NCBI GenBank assembly: GCA_041671125.1
Contig: JBAZCA010000003.1
Location: 128,689 to 192,688, forward strand
Length of the DNA: 64,000 nucleotides
Reading direction: 5' to 3'
From: Patescibacteria group bacterium
GTDB taxonomy: Bacteria > Patescibacteriota > Patescibacteriia > Patescibacteriales > JBAZCA01
Numbering within the stretch: the stretch's first letter is position 1; every line of letters starts with the position of its first letter. A program made the position numbers and the translations under genes. The notes below the pieces were generated by a model. It was not told the origin of the DNA. It did not search any database and saw only the letters and a program-made list of their open reading frames with translations. Of the stretch, positions 19,651 through 29,535 are shown in pieces.

Positions 19651-20763
19651 ATGGCTGAAGAAAAAAAAGCGGTTAAAACTAGGGAGGAAACGGACACGTC
19701 CAGTAAAGCGGCCGGAGAGGGAAAATCCCCTGTTGTCAAAGTTGCAGTAGACAAGGAAAAGGATGAAAAAATGAAAGCGGCTTTGACCGCTATTGACCAA
19801 ATAAAAGAGCGGTTCGGCGAAGGCTCAATCATGCGGTTCGGCGAGGTGAAAGCGGCGCAGGTTGAAGCCGTTTCAACCGGCTGCCTTTCTTTGGATATCG
19901 CTCTAGGGGTGGGCGGAGTGCCGCGCGGCCGGGTGGTTGAAATTTTCGGGCCCGAAGCCTCAGGAAAAACTACCCTGGCTCAGCATATCGTCGCTGAAGT
20001 GCAAAAACTCGGCGGCATCGCGGCGTTTGTTGACGCCGAACACGCCTTGGATCCGGATTACGCGGTAAAAATCGGTATTAATATCAAAGATCTTTTAATC
20101 TCCCAGCCCGATACGGGCGAGCAGGCGCTGGAAATCGTGGAAACCCTGGTTCGCTCCAACGCGGTTGACGTTATTGTAATTGACTCGGTTGCGGCTTTAG
20201 TCCCCCAAAAAGAAATTGAAGGCGATATCGGCGATTCGCACATGGGGCTCCAGGCTCGGCTCATGAGCCAGGCTTTGCGCAAACTCACCGGCGTTATTTC
20301 TAAAAGCAAAACCATTGTAATTTTTATCAACCAGATCCGTTTAAAAATCGGCGTCTTTTTTGGCAATCCGGAAACTACGACCGGCGGTATGGCTTTGAAA
20401 TTTTATTCTTCGGTCAGGATAGAAGTTCGGCGCGCGGCTCAGATTAAGCAGGGCGATCGGATTATTGGCAGCCGGGTAAAGTGCAAGGTGGTGAAAAACA
20501 AAGTGGCGGCGCCTTTCCGGACGACTGAATTTGACATCATGTATAACGAAGGAATTTCCTTGTCCGGCGATTTAATTGATACCGGAGTGCTGCACAAAGT
20601 TATTAACAAATCAGGCAATTCGTATAGTTACGGCGACATCAAACTGGGCGTCGGCCGGGAAAACGCCAAGCGGACTCTTAAGGAAGATAAAAAGCTCATG
20701 AAAGAACTGCGCAATAAAATTTGGACCGCGGTTAAAGAGGAAGAGGCGAAGGAATCAAGTTAG
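19651..20763 (+). CDS. recA: Recombinase RecA with about 35-aa Lys/Glu-rich N-terminal extension
   Basis: GPEASGKTT Walker [12 protein letters not shown]1/L2 loop regions. ATG at 19651 preferred, because the upstream part of the ORF crosses the repeat element. Confidence 0.95.
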   Translation: MAEEKKAVKTREETDTSSKAAGEGKSPVVKVAVDKEKDEKMKAALTAIDQIKERFGEGSIMRFGEVKAAQVEAVSTGCLSLDIALGVGGVPRGRVVEIFGPEASGKTTLAQHIVAEVQKLGGIAAFVDAEHALDPDYAVKIGINIKDLLISQPDTGEQALEIVETLVRSNAVDVIVIDSVAALVPQKEIEGDIGDSHMGLQARLMSQALRKLTGVISKSKTIVIFINQIRLKIGVFFGNPETTTGGMALKFYSSVRIEVRRAAQIKQGDRIIGSRVKCKVVKNKVAAPFRTTEFDIMYNEGISLSGDLIDTGVLHKVINKSGNSYSYGDIKLGVGRENAKRTLKEDKKLMKELRNKIWTAVKEEEAKESS

Positions 20764-20780
20764 AAGGAAGAAGTTAGAAT

Positions 20781-20820
20781 AAAAAAATTCCCTTGTTTAT
20801 AATAATGGGAATTTTTTTAT
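20781..20820. terminator. Bidirectional terminator between convergent recA and efp
   Basis: AATTCCC-14nt-GGGAATT flanked by an A-run and a T-run, nested within a longer GAAGTTAGAAG word hairpin. Confidence 0.6.
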
Positions 20821-20864
20821 TGCTCTCTCTTTTTTCTTCTTACTTCTAACTTCTTACTTTTTTA

Positions 20865-21422
20865 CTACGCCCGTTCAACGTATTCTCCCGTATCGGTGTT
20901 GATAATTATTTCGTCGCCTTCTTTTACGAACATGGGGACGCCGATTTCGGTTCCGGTTTCCAGCGTGACTTTTTTTGTTACGCTGCCGGCCGAATTGCCT
21001 TTTACTCCCGGCGGGGCGGAAACGACTTTGAGTTTTATTTTTATTGGCAGGTCAATGGCTGCCGCCTTGCCTTCAAAATAAAGCGCGTCAACGTCAATTC
21101 CTTCCCGCAGAAAGCTGATTTTTTCGCCCAGACTTTCGTTGTCCAGGGAAAACTGGTCATAGCTTTCATTATCCATAAAATAAGCTTGGTGTTCGTCCTT
21201 ATACAAATAATTAACTTTGCGTTTTTCGGTTTGGGCCTCATCCAGCTTTTCATTGCCCTGGATGGTTTTATCCAGGATATTGCCGGTCAAAAGGTTGCGG
21301 ACTTTGATTTTTAAGACCGCCCCGCCCCGCCCCATTTTATGGTGGTCGGTTTTAATGACAGCGTAAGGTTCGCCAGAAATTCTGACCAAACGGCCCACTT
21401 TTATTTCGTTCATGCTCAGCAT
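20865..21422 (-). CDS. efp: Elongation factor P
   Basis: 185 aa. KTDHHKMGRGGAVLKIKVRNL loop region. Three-domain length. Confidence 0.95.
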   Translation of the reverse strand: MLSMNEIKVGRLVRISGEPYAVIKTDHHKMGRGGAVLKIKVRNLLTGNILDKTIQGNEKLDEAQTEKRKVNYLYKDEHQAYFMDNESYDQFSLDNESLGEKISFLREGIDVDALYFEGKAAAIDLPIKIKLKVVSAPPGVKGNSAGSVTKKVTLETGTEIGVPMFVKEGDEIIINTDTGEYVERA

Positions 21423-21465
21423 AATAATGAATTCAAAAATTTTTCATAATCTGAATTTATGTTTG

Positions 21466-21687
21466 TTATCTTGAAGTAAACGGGACCAGCGCCATAATTC
21501 GCGCCCGCTTAACCGCTAAAGATAGTTTTCTCTGGTGAGTGCCGCAAATGCCAGTCCTTCTCTTAGGAAGGATTTTTGAATAATAATTCATAAATTTGCG
21601 GAGGTTTTCCGTGTCTTTGTAATCAATACTATTAATGTTATTTTCGCAAAAATAGCATTTTTTTTCTTTTTTTATTGGTGTGGCCAT
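21466..21687 (-). CDS. rpsR: 30S ribosomal protein S18
   Basis: YKD...LRKF......IL.RR.TG.C...QR.L..A.KRAR pattern. Confidence 0.9.
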   Translation of the reverse strand: MATPIKKEKKCYFCENNINSIDYKDTENLRKFMNYYSKILPKRRTGICGTHQRKLSLAVKRARIMALVPFTSR

Positions 21688-21781
21688 AAATTAAATTCCA
21701 AATTCCAAATTCCAAATTCCATCCTGAGCGCTCGGGATTAGAATTCGGATATTTTGGAATTTGGTGCTTGTGATCTGGAAT

Positions 21782-22246
21782 TTAAAAAGGTATATCTTCA
21801 ACCTTTATCTCATCTTCAGCCGCTTCAACCGCCTGAGAACCGCGGGAAGCCGACGCCGACGGCTCTTCATAAGAAGGGGCGTATTCCTGGCTATTAGACT
21901 GGTTTGACTGGCGGTTACCCGGTCGGTCCAATAAAATCATGTTTTCAGTCACGATTTCCGTCCGGTATCTTTTTACTCCGTCCTGACCCACCCAGTCCCT
22001 CGTCTGGAGCCGGCCCTCAATATAGACTTTTCCGCCTTTTTTCAGGTATTGGCCGCAGATTTCCGCAAGCCTTCTCCAGGCGACAACGTTATGGAATTCG
22101 GCCCGGTCCTGCCGCTGGCCCGAAGCGTCGGTCCAGACTAGATTGGTGGCGACCGAAAAACTAGCGACGGTCGCGCCGGCTGGCGTGTTCCGGATTTCCG
22201 GATCCCTGGTAACGTGCCCGATAATCATAACTTTGTTGAGAGTCAT
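21782..22246 (-). CDS. ssb: Single-stranded DNA-binding protein
   Basis: OB-fold N-terminus (NKVMIIGHVTRDPE). Disordered tail ending in the acidic DIPF. Confidence 0.9.
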   Translation of the reverse strand: MTLNKVMIIGHVTRDPEIRNTPAGATVASFSVATNLVWTDASGQRQDRAEFHNVVAWRRLAEICGQYLKKGGKVYIEGRLQTRDWVGQDGVKRYRTEIVTENMILLDRPGNRQSNQSNSQEYAPSYEEPSASASRGSQAVEAAEDEIKVEDIPF

Positions 22247-22393
22247 AATTTTTAGACCTAAGCCCCGATTTTTATCGGAATTTTAGGCGGTAATAAATTA
22301 ATCAACGCACCTTAATTTTAGCTTTTAGTCCGGAGAAAATCAAGGCAACGGGTTAAGAGAAAATTCAGTCTTGCGGGGTGTTTTAGATGAAAA

Positions 22394-22885
22394 CTATTTT
22401 AAGAGGTCGCCGCCTTCAAGGATTTTGTCCAGTTTTTCATCCAAATCTTTAAGATCAACCTTGGAAGCGTCTTTTTTGGCAACCGTCTCTTCAACTTTTG
22501 GCGCGGGTTTGGGTTTTTCTTTCCTTACAGCCTCGTTTTCCGCGGCTTTGACCGGCCTTGGCTTAGGTTCTTTCTTGCCGTCGGTTTTGATTACGATGTG
22601 CCGAAGGATCTCCGGCGTGAGGCGAAGCAAGCGGTCAATGTCGTTTATTTTTCCGTTGCCGACACTTATTTGGCTTAACTGGTAGTAGCCGTAAATCTGG
22701 CCTTTTATTGCGTAAGCCAGTCTTTTTTTACCCCAGTCTTCAGTCCGGCTTACCGTCCCCTCATGGTCAGTAATGATTTTATTGACCTTCTCGGTAATTG
22801 CCGGCACCTCGTTTTCCGAGAATTTATTCGGGATGAGATATAGAAGCTCATACTCCGGGATTTTTGATGATTTTACCTTTGCCAT
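22394..22885 (-). CDS. rpsF: 30S ribosomal protein S6 with charged C-terminal extension
   Basis: YELLYLIP start motif. rpsF-ssb-rpsR gene order. ATG at 22885 preferred. Confidence 0.85.
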   Translation of the reverse strand: MAKVKSSKIPEYELLYLIPNKFSENEVPAITEKVNKIITDHEGTVSRTEDWGKKRLAYAIKGQIYGYYQLSQISVGNGKINDIDRLLRLTPEILRHIVIKTDGKKEPKPRPVKAAENEAVRKEKPKPAPKVEETVAKKDASKVDLKDLDEKLDKILEGGDLLK

Positions 22886-23342
22886 AATTTTAAACGGTCC
22901 GGCGTCTTTTAAATAAAAACGGCGGGTCGAAATATAAATTTTTAGCGGATATCTCCCGCGTTCCGGCAATCTGCCTAATGATTAAAAACCCTAAAGGTAT
23001 TGAAAAACGCTTCAGGGCGGTTAGCAAATACCTTTATCCCGTTCCGCCAAGGCGGAAAGGAATATCCCGCGGAGAAGCAGGACACGGAAAAGGTTAAGAT
23101 TTATTATTATAATAAGCTTATCAGGATTTACGGATAAAATCAAGGGTAGGGGCAGAACTGTAGGGGCAGAACACTGTTCCGCCCCTACAGTTCTGGTCGG
23201 CGTTATATCTAATATTGACTTTTAACCGGGCTTTAGGTAATATAAAAACCAGTCTGTTAGACAATCATTAAAAAATAATTTAAGAATTTAAGAACTTAAA
23301 AAAAAGAGCGACCGTCAACAGTCGATCGTCAAAGAATAGTTT

Positions 23343-23729
23343 ATGCTGGCAATAAAATTATCAAGAATCGGAAAGAAAAATCAACCCCATTACCGCCTGA
23401 TTATTTGTGAAAAAGGCCGTGATCCTTATGGTGAGGCACTGGAGATTCTCGGCAATTACAACCCTCATTCCAAAGATTTGCAGGTTAAAAACGAGCGGAT
23501 AAAGTACTGGATCAGTAAAGGGGCGCAGATGACGCCGACCGTAAATAACCTTTTGGTGGAAAATAAAATTATTGAGGGGAAAAAAGTAAAAGCCTCAAAA
23601 AACCCGAAAAATACCGAAATCGTGGAAAAATCAAAGGAAGAGGCGCCTAAGGCCGAGGCTCCGGCTTCGGCTGAAGCCGCTAAAGAAGCTGTAGCGGACA
23701 AGCCGGCGGAAGCAGAAGCGAAAGAATAA
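23343..23729 (+). CDS. rpsP: 30S ribosomal protein S16 with Ala/Glu/Lys-rich tail
   Basis: MLAIKLSRIGKKNQPHYRLI N-terminus. Confidence 0.9.
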   Translation: MLAIKLSRIGKKNQPHYRLIICEKGRDPYGEALEILGNYNPHSKDLQVKNERIKYWISKGAQMTPTVNNLLVENKIIEGKKVKASKNPKNTEIVEKSKEEAPKAEAPASAEAAKEAVADKPAEAEAKE

Positions 23730-23737
23730 CAATAAAA

Positions 23738-23765
23738 TTGACATTTATTGTAAGTTTGCTATTAT
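23738..23765 (+). promoter_or_regulatory. Sigma-70-like promoter upstream of the KH-domain gene
   Basis: TTGACA, 16 nt, TATTAT. Confidence 0.45.
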
Positions 23766-23914
23766 ATATTATAGTTTCCTGATATTTTTTATAAGTCAGG
23801 ACTGCCTGAAAATGAAGGGCAGGGTTAAAAAATAAGTTTCTTTCAGCCTGAACATTTTTTAAAGCTTAGAGCTTCCTGAAATGCCTGTCAGCTTGAAAGA
23901 AATAAGAAAACACT

Positions 23915-24232
23915 ATGGGAGATCAAGACAAGGACTTCTTGGAATTCATCGTAAAGTCAATCGTCGGAAATCCGCAGGACGTAAAAGTGGAAAGGATTAT
24001 TGATGAAAGAGGCGTTCTTCTGACTTTAACGATCAACCCGGCAGACATGGGTTATGTGATCGGAAAGCAGGGACAAACCGCTAAATCAATCCGCACTTTA
24101 CTGAAAATAGTCGGTGCCAAAAACAACGCCAGAGTAAACCTTAAAATCAACGAACCGGAAGGACGCGAAAGACGCCCGAGAGTGGAAAGGGAAGATTTTG
24201 ACACTTCTTCGGTTGATGATTTGAAAATTTAA
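23915..24232 (+). CDS. KH-domain RNA-binding protein (YlqC-like)
   Basis: GxxG loop VIGKQGQTAKSIRTLL. Located in the rpsP-trmD neighbourhood. Confidence 0.8.
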   Translation: MGDQDKDFLEFIVKSIVGNPQDVKVERIIDERGVLLTLTINPADMGYVIGKQGQTAKSIRTLLKIVGAKNNARVNLKINEPEGRERRPRVEREDFDTSSVDDLKI

Positions 24233-24259
24233 CCGCAAAAAAACCAGATAAACAAAAAA

Positions 24260-24284
24260 ACCCCGATACAGCGGGGTTTTTGTT
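24260..24284 (+). terminator. Rho-independent terminator
   Basis: CCCCG-atacag-CGGGG stem followed by T5. Confidence 0.7.
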
Positions 24285-24366
24285 TATAAGGCGATTGATG
24301 TATAATCATAAAAACAGCATGTCGGTTGTTTTAAGGGTTGAGCCGTAAACGATAAGATATAATATC

Positions 24367-25041
24367 ATGACATTCCATATAATCACGATTTTTCCCGAAA
24401 TTTTTAACTCGTATTTTAATGAGTCCATTATCCGTCGGGCCAAAGAGAAAGGGAAAATTAAAATAAAAATTTATGATTTGCGAAACTGGGCGTCCGGCCG
24501 GCACCGCGCCGTTGACGATAAACCTTACGGCGGCGGGGCGGGTATGGTTTTGATGGCCGAACCGCTTTTTAAGGCCGTTCATGACATTAAGAAAAAGATT
24601 CCCAAAAAAGAAAAAACGCGGGTGATACTTTTTTCCGCCAAAGGAAAAAAATACAACCAGACGCGAGCGAAAAAATTCGTTGGTTTTAAAAACTTCATCA
24701 TGATTTGCGGCCGCTACGAAGGTGTTGATGAAAGGGTGGCAAAATATCTCGCTGACGAGGAAATTTCCGCCGGCGATTTTGTTTTAACCGGCGGGGAAAT
24801 CCCGGCCATGATATTGGTTGATTCAATAAGCCGGCTTTTGCCTGGCGTGCTTGGCAATAAGGAAAGCCTCGTTCGCGAATCCCATGACGAAGAAGGGTAT
24901 CTTGAATATCCTCATTACACTCGGCCGGAGATTTTAACGGTTAAAAAGAAAAAAATGAAAGCCCCTAAAATATTATTGTCGGGCGATCACGGGAAAATTG
25001 AAGAGTGGAGAAAGAAGAACAGCAAAATTGTGGTTCAATAA
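24367..25041 (+). CDS. trmD: tRNA (guanine37-N1)-methyltransferase
   Basis: IITIFPE start, VDDKPYGGGAGMV, CGRYEGVDER, SIGDFVLTGGE-like motif. Confidence 0.95.
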   Translation: MTFHIITIFPEIFNSYFNESIIRRAKEKGKIKIKIYDLRNWASGRHRAVDDKPYGGGAGMVLMAEPLFKAVHDIKKKIPKKEKTRVILFSAKGKKYNQTRAKKFVGFKNFIMICGRYEGVDERVAKYLADEEISAGDFVLTGGEIPAMILVDSISRLLPGVLGNKESLVRESHDEEGYLEYPHYTRPEILTVKKKKMKAPKILLSGDHGKIEEWRKKNSKIVVQ

Positions 25042-25142
25042 AAACAATTAACGGATAAAAGAGCGTGGTTATCTGAAAATTGCGCTGTTCGCCCGTTTTT
25101 ACCCATTGACCGCCGGTTGATATTTAATCATACCGAATAATT

Positions 25143-26063
25143 ATGCCAAAAGAAAATACCCATTTGTTTTTTGCCCGCAAGTTCGCGGGCGGTGTAAAAG
25201 ACAGGGAAGCGGAAAAGATAATCAACGCCAACTTGGACTATTTTTATTTCGGGGCGGTGGCGCCGGACATTTTCTTTTACGGAAGAAATGAAACGGAACT
25301 TAAAATATCCGCCGCCCTGCACGGCAAAGACGGCGAACCGACGAACGAAATTGTTTTTGAGATGCTTGATTTTGCCAAAGAGAAAAGGAGTGAAAAAGAT
25401 TTAGCCTTTACTCTCGGATATCTAAGTCATTCCGTCCTGGACGGCATTTTTCATCCGGTCATTATTTACCTTACCGGAAATATTTTCAGCCGCGAAAAAG
25501 AAATTTATCGCCGCGCCAACTACGCGCACCGAAAATGGGAAACGAGCCTTGATAAGGCGATTAATGATTCATGTTATTATTCTGACTTGATAAAAATTGA
25601 AGCCGCCGGAAAAATCCGCTACGCTGATTTAGCGGCGAAAAAATTTAGCCTACCTCGCGAGAGGACGGTGAAATTAATAAAAAGGCAGGCGCTGATAAAC
25701 CGGTTAATAAGAAACTGGGCGGTTTATTATTTTATCTCGGCTCTCTGCCGGCTGGGAATATACAGACGGACCGAAGACCTTTCCCTGTCTTATTATAATT
25801 TAAAAAAAGGTGAAGAGATTATTCCGGCAATAATCCGATACAGGGATTTTATAAGCGGCGAAGAAAAAGAAACCTCGCTTGAGAAACTGATTGGAGAATC
25901 TGCTGCGAAGGCGGAAAAAGTAATTTCTGCCGCCGTTGGTTATTATGAAGGAAAAATAGGGAAAAAGGAACTGGCGGCGATAATCCCCGGTGAAAGCATG
26001 GAAACCGGAAAAATAAACTGTCCGGCAAAGCTAATCAGATTTTTCGCGGACACGGCGGAGTAA
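25143..26063 (+). CDS. Zinc-dependent phospholipase C-like family protein (tentative)
   Basis: N-terminal His, FGAVAPD and LSHSVLDGIFHP histidine/aspartate pattern. Confidence 0.4.
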   Translation: MPKENTHLFFARKFAGGVKDREAEKIINANLDYFYFGAVAPDIFFYGRNETELKISAALHGKDGEPTNEIVFEMLDFAKEKRSEKDLAFTLGYLSHSVLDGIFHPVIIYLTGNIFSREKEIYRRANYAHRKWETSLDKAINDSCYYSDLIKIEAAGKIRYADLAAKKFSLPRERTVKLIKRQALINRLIRNWAVYYFISALCRLGIYRRTEDLSLSYYNLKKGEEIIPAIIRYRDFISGEEKETSLEKLIGESAAKAEKVISAAVGYYEGKIGKKELAAIIPGESMETGKINCPAKLIRFFADTAE

Positions 26064-26127
26064 AGCGCCCGTTGTTAAGAAAGTCTGATTGAGGTATAAT
26101 TTAAGCAAGCAGGCAAGCTAAGCCAGG

Positions 26128-26706
26128 GTGATAAATTTAATAAATAAATTTTCATTTATGATGACGGGAGGGAACGCGCTCTTAGACGCGAAACTAATAC
26201 TCGGCCGCGCCGGAATAAAAGAGGGGATGAAGGTGGCGGATCTCGGTTGCGGCGCTTCGGGGCATTTTGTTTTTCCTTCGGCCCGGATTGTCGGGAAAAA
26301 AGGCTTGGTTTACGCGGTGGATATTATTAAAACTATTTTACAGACCATTGAAAAACGAGCTAAGCTGGAGAACGCGCAGAACGTCCGGACGGTCTGGAGC
26401 GACTTAGAAATTTTTGGCGCGACAAAAATTGAAGCCGGAAGTCTTGACGCGGCGTATCTCATCAATACTCTTTACCAGTCAAAAAAGCGGATGGAAATAA
26501 TCCGCGAGGCGGCGAGACTCCTGAAAAAATCGGGGAAACTCGTAATTGTGGAATGGAAAAATTCAGCCCTGCCTTTCGGCCCTTCGGTTGAGGACAGGGT
26601 GGACAAGGAGCTCGTTAAAACCGGGACAGCCAAACTCGGATTTAATATTGAAGAAGAGTTTGAGGCGGGCGATTACCACTACGGCATCATTCTCGTAAAA
26701 GCCTGA
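26128..26706 (+). CDS. Class I SAM-dependent methyltransferase
   Basis: Motif I VADLGCGASG. Rossmann-fold periodicity. Confidence 0.75.
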   Translation: MINLINKFSFMMTGGNALLDAKLILGRAGIKEGMKVADLGCGASGHFVFPSARIVGKKGLVYAVDIIKTILQTIEKRAKLENAQNVRTVWSDLEIFGATKIEAGSLDAAYLINTLYQSKKRMEIIREAARLLKKSGKLVIVEWKNSALPFGPSVEDRVDKELVKTGTAKLGFNIEEEFEAGDYHYGIILVKA

Positions 26707-26768
26707 GTCCTTCATTTGACTAAAAGGAAAATCTGCCTTAATATTGCTGAATACTAAATTTAAACAAT

Positions 26769-27158
26769 ATGCAAAACCTTTTAACTTTTAAATATTGGTT
26801 CGCCTTGAATCCCGGAGCTCCGGCGCCGGTTATGGTTAAAGGCCTTGCCGGTTTAATGATTCTGTTTTTTTTCGCCGCTTTCATATTCGCTCTGGCGAAA
26901 AAAAGATACCGGAAAACCCTTAATTTTCGGACGCTGGAAAAAGTTTATCTCTTCAGCCTGGCGAATTTTTTCTTAAGCCTCTTTTTCCTTTTTTTCGTTT
27001 ATGAATCAGTCCCCTTTTTTTCCAGCCGCTTCTGGTTTATTTTGTGGGCCGGAGAGATGGCGGTCTGGCTTTATTTTATTGCTAAATTTTTTATGAGTCT
27101 GCCGGAAAAAAGGGCTAGTCTGGAACGGGAAAGGGAGTTCAAAAAATACATTCCGTAA
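26769..27158 (+). CDS. Integral membrane protein
   Basis: Four hydrophobic helices. No motif found. Confidence 0.45.
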   Translation: MQNLLTFKYWFALNPGAPAPVMVKGLAGLMILFFFAAFIFALAKKRYRKTLNFRTLEKVYLFSLANFFLSLFFLFFVYESVPFFSSRFWFILWAGEMAVWLYFIAKFFMSLPEKRASLEREREFKKYIP

Positions 27159-27159
27159 A

Positions 27160-27522
27160 ATGCGCCGCAACAAAGCCGTCGGAGAATTCGGCGAAGAGAT
27201 CGCCCGGAAATATTTAGTTTCCAAAGGCTTCCGGCTGGTCGCTTCTAACTTAAAATTAAGCTATCGGGAAATTGATATCATCGCCTTAGAGGGCGATGTT
27301 TTAGTTTTCGCGGAAGTAAAGACCCGCGTTTACCCTGGTTTAGGTAGCGCTTCGGACGCTTTGGGCGGGTTAAAAATAAAGCGGCTAAAAACCGCCATTG
27401 GGCATTATTTAAGCGAATACAGAGGGGTAAAATATTGCCGAGTGCGGCTGGATTTTATTGCCATAGACATTAACCGCGAACAAAAAACCGCTAAAATAAA
27501 GCATTTTCGGGATATAGTTTAG
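27160..27522 (+). CDS. YraN-family (UPF0102) endonuclease-like protein
   Basis: GE..A..YL...G......N.......EIDIIA.....LVF.EVK pattern. Confidence 0.8.
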   Translation: MRRNKAVGEFGEEIARKYLVSKGFRLVASNLKLSYREIDIIALEGDVLVFAEVKTRVYPGLGSASDALGGLKIKRLKTAIGHYLSEYRGVKYCRVRLDFIAIDINREQKTAKIKHFRDIV

Positions 27523-27859
27523 CGACGGGGAGAGGCTTGCCGACATTGCCGCGCCGCGTAAAATGACTTGAGAAATTATTTTCCCCGCCCCCCCGGATAA
27601 ACGGATAATCGTTGGGGATTGACATTTTACCGGGCTGAGCTAAGCTTAGGAAGCAACTTGAAATAAAGTCCCGAATTTTCGGGACAAGCCCTCCCTTGCT
27701 TCCTTCTCCGCTAAAGCTATGGCGGACAAGAAAGCTACGGAAGGACAAGCTCTTTTAAAATTAAAAGTTCTTTTAAAGTCATTCTAATGTTCCTTTAAAG
27801 AAACACTCTTAAAGGTCGAACTAAATTATTAAGCTTAGCAAGGAGGGAACTTAGAATAT

Positions 27860-29272
27860 ATGACTTACTTTAAAAGATTATTAGCGGTATTTGCTATAAG
27901 CGTCATCGGCTTAGCGTTTTTCTCCGCCCCAGCCAAAGCAACGGTCAATTCTCCGATAATTGAAGAGGTGAGGAAGGGCGCCGAAAACACTTTATCTTTG
28001 CCCATGATAACCGGTACAACGGATTTAGGCACTGACGCGCTAATCTATATTGACGGGACTTACCGGGGAACCGGCGTAGCCAACATCCTTCTCGGGCAGA
28101 AATACAGATTTTTTTACCAGGAAAGGGTTAGTCTGAGCGAAGGAGTCCATAGCGTCATGGTCGTAGCGAAGAATAAAACAACATTAGAGCTTTCTTCGCC
28201 ATCAACCACCGTTCAGTTTATTGTTCCGGCTATCCCCACCCCCACCCCGACTCCCACTCCGGTTCCGACACCGGCTCCTACTATCCTTTCCCCGAATCCG
28301 GCAACTAGAACAGGCAACACCCGGGAAATTATCAAAGGGTTAACCAAATCCGGCACACGAGTCCATATCTATATTGACGGAATACATGACGGACAAACTA
28401 AGACCGTTTATCACGCTTCCGGTACCGGCGCGTTTTACTACAAGCCATTTTTGGACTTAAGCCGGGGAGAACATAAGGTCTGGGCAGTGGCCGAGGACAT
28501 TTACGGCAATAAAAGCAAAGTTTCCAGCTTTATTAATTTCCGGATTGAATACCCCCTGCCGGCTCCGACCATGATTCGCACGGTAGTAAATAAAAATACT
28601 ACCCCGATCCGGCCGTTTATCACCGGCGTGGCCAAAAACAATTCTGAAGTGGTTGTGTATATTGATAACAGGCCGGATGGCGCTTTCATCGTAAAAAACC
28701 ATCCGTCGGGAACCGCGAATTTTGCCTACAAACCTTCTTATGATTTATCCAAAGGGATAACCCATAAAATACAGGCCAGGGCGATTGATATTCACGGAAA
28801 GGAAAGTATCCTGTCAAATCCGCTCTATTACCTTTACCCGAGACCGGCAGTTAAGGCGGCGCCGGTTGCTCCGAAGAAAATCAGCGGAACCCCGAAAATA
28901 ATCGCCCCAAAACCGAGCCAGCCGGAAGATAAAAAGACAACTCCGCCAACCGAAACCGCGAAGGCTCCGGCCGCGACATCCACAGAGGAAAAAAAGCCCG
29001 CCAGCGGAACAAACAACAGCTTAAACAACCTGCTTAACGGGAATGAAGTATCCGAAGAAGTAAGCACTTCTTCTGTGCTGTCAACCATCACAAGCAAATT
29101 AAGCCTGAATTTAATCATATTTCTCGTTTTTCTCGCCGGGGTAATCGGCTGGATTTTCTGGGTTAACCGGGAATTGGCGCGCGAGAGAAAGGAAAGAGAA
29201 ATAAGCATTAGCGAAGAAACAAAAAAAGAAAGCAACCCCTATCTCAATCAGGATCAAAATAAAAACGTATAA
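27860..29272 (+). CDS. Cell-surface protein with three Ig-like repeats, Pro/Thr linker and C-terminal TM anchor
   Basis: Signal peptide. Three repeats of about 95 aa sharing YIDG...G.F.YKP..LS.G.H.V.A.A.D..G. PTPTPTPTPVPTPAPT linker. Terminal TM helix. Confidence 0.7.
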   Translation: MTYFKRLLAVFAISVIGLAFFSAPAKATVNSPIIEEVRKGAENTLSLPMITGTTDLGTDALIYIDGTYRGTGVANILLGQKYRFFYQERVSLSEGVHSVMVVAKNKTTLELSSPSTTVQFIVPAIPTPTPTPTPVPTPAPTILSPNPATRTGNTREIIKGLTKSGTRVHIYIDGIHDGQTKTVYHASGTGAFYYKPFLDLSRGEHKVWAVAEDIYGNKSKVSSFINFRIEYPLPAPTMIRTVVNKNTTPIRPFITGVAKNNSEVVVYIDNRPDGAFIVKNHPSGTANFAYKPSYDLSKGITHKIQARAIDIHGKESILSNPLYYLYPRPAVKAAPVAPKKISGTPKIIAPKPSQPEDKKTTPPTETAKAPAATSTEEKKPASGTNNSLNNLLNGNEVSEEVSTSSVLSTITSKLSLNLIIFLVFLAGVIGWIFWVNRELARERKEREISISEETKKESNPYLNQDQNKNV

Positions 29273-29380
29273 ACAAAAAACATTATCCGGATAATAGCTA
29301 TTTACGCAAAGCCCCGCCGAAAGCGGGGTTTTGTTTTCACTGGCAATCGGTTTATGGTATAATTTTCTTAAATCACGAAA

Positions 29381-29461
29381 CGTCATCCTGAGCGAAGCGA
29401 AGGATCTCGTGTTTAGCGGAAACACCACGAGATTCTTCGGCCATCGGCCTCAGAATGACGG
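29381..29461. repeat. GTCATYCTGA...GAAGRATCT palindromic intergenic element
   Basis: Imperfect 80-bp palindrome. Arms are related to those at 36471-36569 and to 21721-21738. Confidence 0.75.
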
Positions 29462-29535
29462 GGTAGAAAAAGCGTTTCGTAATTTAAAGTGATTTATAAA
29501 GCCGTAGTTATTTGTTTTGCGGCCATAATCCGACT

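Noticed and set aside
27640-27760. Possible SRP (4.5S) RNA because of a CGGAAGGA-containing stretch
   Set aside because: The conserved symmetric-loop context (AGGUCCGGAAGGAAGCAGCC paired with GGCAG) is absent. The CGGAAGGA match is short, and the hairpins fold differently.
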